Assembly: GCA_963767005.1 (NCBI GenBank)
Contig: CAVYCN010000006.1
Coordinates: 64,001-128,000 of the forward strand
Direction: 5' to 3'
From: an uncultured Actinomycetes bacterium
GTDB taxonomy: Bacteria > Actinomycetota > Thermoleophilia > UBA2241
Length of the DNA: 64,000 bases
Of this stretch, positions 60,288 to 64,000 are shown piece after piece. The notes beneath the pieces are model-generated. The model was not told where the DNA came from. It saw only the letters and a program-made list of their open reading frames with translations, and ran no database searches. The position numbers and the translations under genes were made by a program. Position 1 is the first letter of the stretch; each line of letters opens with the position of its first letter.

Positions 60288-60337
60288 GGGGATGGAGTCC
60301 CCCATTGAACGCCCCGCCCGGGGCTGATGGCTCCTGT
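60288..60337 (+). promoter_or_regulatory. Fluoride (crcB) riboswitch
   Basis: GGGGATGGAGTCCCC...AAC-GCCCC hairpin-GCTGATGGCTCCTG fits the crcB consensus, with a GGAGT/GCTCC pseudoknot. Extended -10 TGGTACCAT at 60271-60279. Confidence 0.9.
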
Positions 60338-60381
60338 GGCATGCAAAGCGCCCCCACAGGGCCCGCAATGGAGGACTCTCC

Positions 60382-61731
60382 ATGCAGCAACTCTTCACGA
60401 TTGCCGCGCTCTGGCTCGCGCTCGCGGTCGTCGCCGCGATCCTCGCCTACCGCCTCAAGATCGCCATCGCCCTCGTCGAGATCTGCGTCGGCGTCGCGGT
60501 GGCTGCCATTGCCACGCACTTCGGCTTCTTCCATCGCCTCGGCTCCGACCAGCAGTGGCTACAGTTCCTGGCCTCGACCGGCGCAGTGCTGCTCACGTTC
60601 CTGGCCGGAGCGGAACTCGATCCAGCGGTCATCCGGGGCAAGCTGCCCGAGGTCACGATCGTCGGCTTGGTCGGCTTTGCCTCACCGTTCCTGGTGTGCG
60701 CCGCCGTGGCCCACTGGCTGCTCGGCTGGGACGGGCAAGCGAGCCTGCTCGCAGGCGTCGCCCTCTCGACGACCTCGATGGCCGTCGTCTACTCGGTCAT
60801 GCTTGAGACCGGCTTCAACCGCACCGACTTCGGCAAGGGCATCCTCGGCGCGTGCTTCATCAACGACCTCGGCACGGTGATCGCCCTCGGCCTGCTGTTC
60901 GCGCCCTTCACGTACAAGACGGGAGTCTTCATGGCGGCCACGGTCGGTGCGGTCGCTGTCCTGCCGCTTGTCATCAACTACCTGACCCGCGTCTACGGCC
61001 ACCGCACCGCCGCCATCCGCACCAAGCTCGTCATGGTCGTGCTGCTCGGTCTTGGGGCACTCGCCTACTGGGCCGGTAGCGAGGCGGTGCTGCCGGCCTA
61101 CATCGTCGGCATCGTGCTGGCCGGCGGCGCCGCTCAGGACCACCACTGGATCAGGCGGCTGCGCACGCTCACCGTCGGCTTTCTCACGCCGTTCTACTTC
61201 CTGCGCGCCGGCATGCTGGTCAGTGTGAGCGCGGTCGTCGCCGCGCCGCTCATGGTGCTCGTCCTGTTCGGTGCCAAGGTCGGCGCCAAGATCTTCGGCC
61301 TCTCGCCCGTCATCGGCTGCTTCCGCAAGGAGCGCAACGAGCGCTGGTACTACACGCTCATGATGTCGACCGGGCTCACGTTCGGCACGATCTCCGCCCT
61401 TTACGGTCTGAGCCACGGCATCGTCACGCAGCGCCAGTACTCGTACCTCGTCGCGGTCGTAATCGGTACGGCAGTGATCCCAACGTTGGTTGCCAGCCTC
61501 GCTTTCGTCCCTCGGCACCTCCTAGTCACCCGGGAGCCGAGCGAAGTCGAGCCCGTCATCACCGAGGTGAATGAGAGGGCGACGACGGCTGCGGCCGCTT
61601 TGGGTGAGGCTGCTATGCGGGCCCTCCGGGACATCGAGGCTCCATTCGTGGACGACAAGCTTCTCACGGCGGCGCTCGACGAACTCGACCTCGAAGAGGA
61701 GGAAGGCGAGGAAGTCGCGGACGAGGGCTGA
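60382..61731 (+). CDS. Cation:proton antiporter (CPA2/KefB-like)
   Basis: LTFLAGAELD, ALSTTSMAVVY, FINDLG, PFYFLRAG; about 12 TM segments; acidic tail. Confidence 0.9.
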   Translation: MQQLFTIAALWLALAVVAAILAYRLKIAIALVEICVGVAVAAIATHFGFFHRLGSDQQWLQFLASTGAVLLTFLAGAELDPAVIRGKLPEVTIVGLVGFASPFLVCAAVAHWLLGWDGQASLLAGVALSTTSMAVVYSVMLETGFNRTDFGKGILGACFINDLGTVIALGLLFAPFTYKTGVFMAATVGAVAVLPLVINYLTRVYGHRTAAIRTKLVMVVLLGLGALAYWAGSEAVLPAYIVGIVLAGGAAQDHHWIRRLRTLTVGFLTPFYFLRAGMLVSVSAVVAAPLMVLVLFGAKVGAKIFGLSPVIGCFRKERNERWYYTLMMSTGLTFGTISALYGLSHGIVTQRQYSYLVAVVIGTAVIPTLVASLAFVPRHLLVTREPSEVEPVITEVNERATTAAAALGEAAMRALRDIEAPFVDDKLLTAALDELDLEEEEGEEVADEG

Positions 61732-61873
61732 GGTCGGAACGACGGAGCCCATTGGAGGCAGGCCGGTCGCACAATCGAGAGGCAGCTTGAGCGACGGTAG
61801 TGGAGTGGTCACGCCCGGGTGCAGGGGGGGTCAGGGGTCGTCTGCGACCGGATGGCCAAGACGGCGCGGCCTC

Positions 61874-62512
61874 CTAATCCTCGCGCCTTCCGGTGTCGGC
61901 CGCCTCGAGGGCCTCCTGAGCCTCGCCCCTGATCCACCAGACCATGGCCAAGCCCGCGAGCGGGTCCGCCCACCACCATCCGAACAGCCTGTTGAGCAGC
62001 AGCCCGGCCAGCAACGTCGCCGACATGTAGACACAGACCAGCGAGCAGGCGCAGTCGCCACGCAGGGCTGGGCTGTCGAGCCTTCGCGCCAGAGTGAGAC
62101 GCCAGCGCCGGAGCACCGGCATGACGCAAAGAACGGCAACGGCCAGAACAACGCCTGGCACGGAGGCGTCGGGCTTCACGTGGCCGATGAAGCTGGCCAG
62201 GGCAACGATCACGATGTAGACGATCAGACCATATAGCGCGAGGCCGATGAGCCGTGAGGCCTGACGTTCACGTTTATCGAGCTGCTCCTCATCCGCACCC
62301 TCGCCACGCAGCATGAGGGCGCGGAGCACGACGAGGCTCGTGAAGATCTCGATGCCACTGTCCAGGCCGAAGGTCGTGAGTGCCACTGACCTGGCCGAGA
62401 TGCCGATGGCAAGGGAAGCGACGAGCTCGACGACCATCCAAGCAGCCGTCAGGGACTGTGCGACACGAGCTTGGCGAACCAGCCCGTACGGAGGCTCGAC
62501 AGTCGAGTTCAT
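61874..62512 (-). CDS. CDF/TMEM163-like cation transporter
   Basis: SVAL..FGLDS.IE, SPALRGD, WWWADP. Confidence 0.85.
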   Translation of the reverse strand: MNSTVEPPYGLVRQARVAQSLTAAWMVVELVASLAIGISARSVALTTFGLDSGIEIFTSLVVLRALMLRGEGADEEQLDKRERQASRLIGLALYGLIVYIVIVALASFIGHVKPDASVPGVVLAVAVLCVMPVLRRWRLTLARRLDSPALRGDCACSLVCVYMSATLLAGLLLNRLFGWWWADPLAGLAMVWWIRGEAQEALEAADTGRRED

Positions 62513-62674
62513 GCATTCATGCTAACGCACATACCCGCACCGGAGGGTGAGGCCGGGGTCAGGATTGGTCTGCGGTCGGCCGGTCCCTATACCCCGACAG
62601 GGGTCGCAAGGGGTATTGCGATCTACGGTCCGGCGAACACTCTTGACCTGCCGTGGCCGCGTGCTAGTTCGCAG

Positions 62675-62700
62675 GTGTCAACGGAACTGGGGCAACTCCA
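62675..62700 (+). mobile_element. Solo IS3-like right terminal inverted repeat
   Basis: GTGTCAACGGAACTGGGGCAACTCCA resembles IS3-family ends and directly precedes a headless ORF. Confidence 0.55.
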
Positions 62701-62875
62701 ACTCCAGTTCAAGCGGCTGACACCTCGGGTCTGGAGGTCGGCTGGTGGTAACGTGCGAACTCAGTGGGGAACCCGTCAACCTTCGCCGACCATCGACAGC
62801 GTCCAGTTCTGCATCGACTTCGTGGTCGAGTCTGCGCTTGTGCTCTCGGAGTTTGACTACTCGATCGAAGCGTGA
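62701..62875 (+). pseudogene. C-terminal fragment of an unknown low-GC gene
   Basis: ...FKRLTPRV...DSVQFCIDFVVESALVLSEFDYSIEA*, protein-like but with no start. Confidence 0.5.
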
Positions 62876-63033
62876 GCCGTCTGCCTAGACCGGCCGACGG
62901 TATCTAAACGCGCCTCAGATCGTCCCGTAGGGTTGGCCAGTCGGTTCCTCGACTCACACAAGCGGACTCTTTGGAGGGGGTGTTCACTTCTGGGGCGGTC
63001 GCTATACCCCCGACAGGGGTCGAAAGAGGGGGG

Positions 63034-63110
63034 TGGTGGGCGACGTTGGAATTGAACCAACGACCTCCAGCTTGTCGAGCTGGCGCTCTACGCAACTGAG
63101 CTAGTCGCCC
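63034..63110 (-). tRNA. tRNA-Val(GAC)
   Basis: GGGCGACTAGCTCAGTTGCGTAGAGCGCCAGCTCGACAAGCTGGAGGTCGTTGGTTCAATTCCAACGTCGCCCACCA folds as a cloverleaf with encoded CCA. Confidence 0.95.
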
Positions 63111-63123
63111 ACGAGAGTAGCCG

Positions 63124-63132
63124 ATTATAGCA
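63124..63132 (-). promoter_or_regulatory. Extended -10 promoter of tRNA-Val
   Basis: TGCTATAAT on the minus strand, 13 nt upstream of the tRNA. Confidence 0.7.
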
Positions 63133-63212
63133 GACCGTCCACGCCTGTCGCGCGGGCATTCGGACGGGCGTAAAGTGCGGCCATGAGCGGGGGTTGTCAA
63201 CGGTTCGTGCTC

Positions 63213-64000
63213 ATGCGTGCTCACGTCCCGCCTGTCCCCGTCGCGGCCGTGGCCGCACTCGCGATCCTTGCAGCATGCGCGCTGATGGCGGCATCTGGCT
63301 GCTCGACGTCGGCGGCTCCCGCACCCACTCCGGTGCCGGCCGCCTCGATCGCGCACTCGACGGCGCCACCGAGCGCGACGCCCTCGGCGACGACGGCCCC
63401 CGCGCCCTCGGCGACGCCTTCTGGCCCGTCGTCGTTCACGTTCACGGTGGCCGCGCTCGGCCCCTGGCGGCGCGCCCTGATGGTCAGGTCGGGATCGTGG
63501 TCGTCGCGCTGTCCGGTCTCGCTCGACGACCTGCGCCTCGTGTCGCTCACGTACTGGGGCTTCGACGGCCGGCGGCACACCGGCCTGCTCGTCGTGAACC
63601 GCGACGCCGTCGCGCCGATCGTCACGGCCCTGCACCGGCTCTACGAGATCCGCTTCCCCATCCGCCGCATGGTGCCGGTCGACGCCTACGGCGCGAGCGA
63701 CGAGCGCTCGATGGAGGCCGACAACACTTCGGCCTTCAACGGGCGCTTCGTCGAAGACTCGACGGTCTGGTCGCAGCACGCCTACGGCCGCGCGATCGAC
63801 ATCGACCCGCTCGAGAACCCCGAGGTCAAGGACGGCAAGGTCTACCCCACGACCGCCGGCCGCTTCCTCGACCGCACGCTCGGCCTGCCCGGCATGGTCA
63901 GCCCCGGCGACCCGGTGGTCGAAGCCTTCGCCGCCGTCGGCTGGGGCTGGGGCGGCTCCTGGTACTCGCTCAAGGACTACCAGCACTTCTCGGCGACCGG
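63213..64000 (+). CDS. M15-family (VanY/M15C-like) peptidase lipoprotein; runs off the window end
   Basis: Hand translation: ASGC lipobox, Pro/Thr linker, DNTSAFNGR, SQHAYGRAIDIDP, WGG.W...KDYQHF. Confidence 0.9.
   Translation, partial: MRAHVPPVPVAAVAALAILAACALMAASGCSTSAAPAPTPVPAASIAHSTAPPSATPSATTAPAPSATPSGPSSFTFTVAALGPWRRALMVRSGSWSSRCPVSLDDLRLVSLTYWGFDGRRHTGLLVVNRDAVAPIVTALHRLYEIRFPIRRMVPVDAYGASDERSMEADNTSAFNGRFVEDSTVWSQHAYGRAIDIDPLENPEVKDGKVYPTTAGRFLDRTLGLPGMVSPGDPVVEAFAAVGWGWGGSWYSLKDYQHFSAT

Larger units (their letters stand above)
62587..63030. repeat. Two copies of CTATACCCC(C)GACAGGGGTCGMAAG
   Basis: Copies start at 62587 and 63002; the second sits just past the tRNA 3' end. Confidence 0.85.

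Noticed and set aside
58823-62700. Single composite transposon bounded by the IS3 left end and the IR at 62675-62700
   Set aside because: The IS3 has its own better-matching right end at 59832, the distal IR differs internally, and no target duplication is seen.

Overview
Very GC-rich bacterial chromosomal window, probably an anaerobic or facultative actinobacterium such as Thermoleophilia (inferred from gene content, leaderless promoters and 16S-like sequence). 1-36 kb is housekeeping and transport: etfA, an Opp/Dpp ABC operon, TetR and MarR units, a fused NfnAB, tandem DrrAB exporters, MMPL, D-threonine aldolase-like plus deaminase, and PiT-DUF47. 36-58 kb is a cell-envelope glycan locus (GT-C, clan GH-A hydrolase, L,D-transpeptidase, priming transferase, UXS, Wzx, two Wzy/ligase-like proteins, three methyltransferases, a sortase-type small protein). 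58.4-63 kb is a decayed accessory island beside tRNA-Val(GAC), holding an IS3 invaded by an IS110, a fluoride riboswitch-controlled antiporter and a metal transporter. The most unusual signal is an orphan ~100-nt element at 19478-19575 (- strand). It reproduces 16S rRNA helix 16, a miniature helix 17 and the helix-18 junction (the uS4 binding site), yet has no rRNA operon or rpsD beside it. All calls come from reading the sequence by eye; no searches were run.
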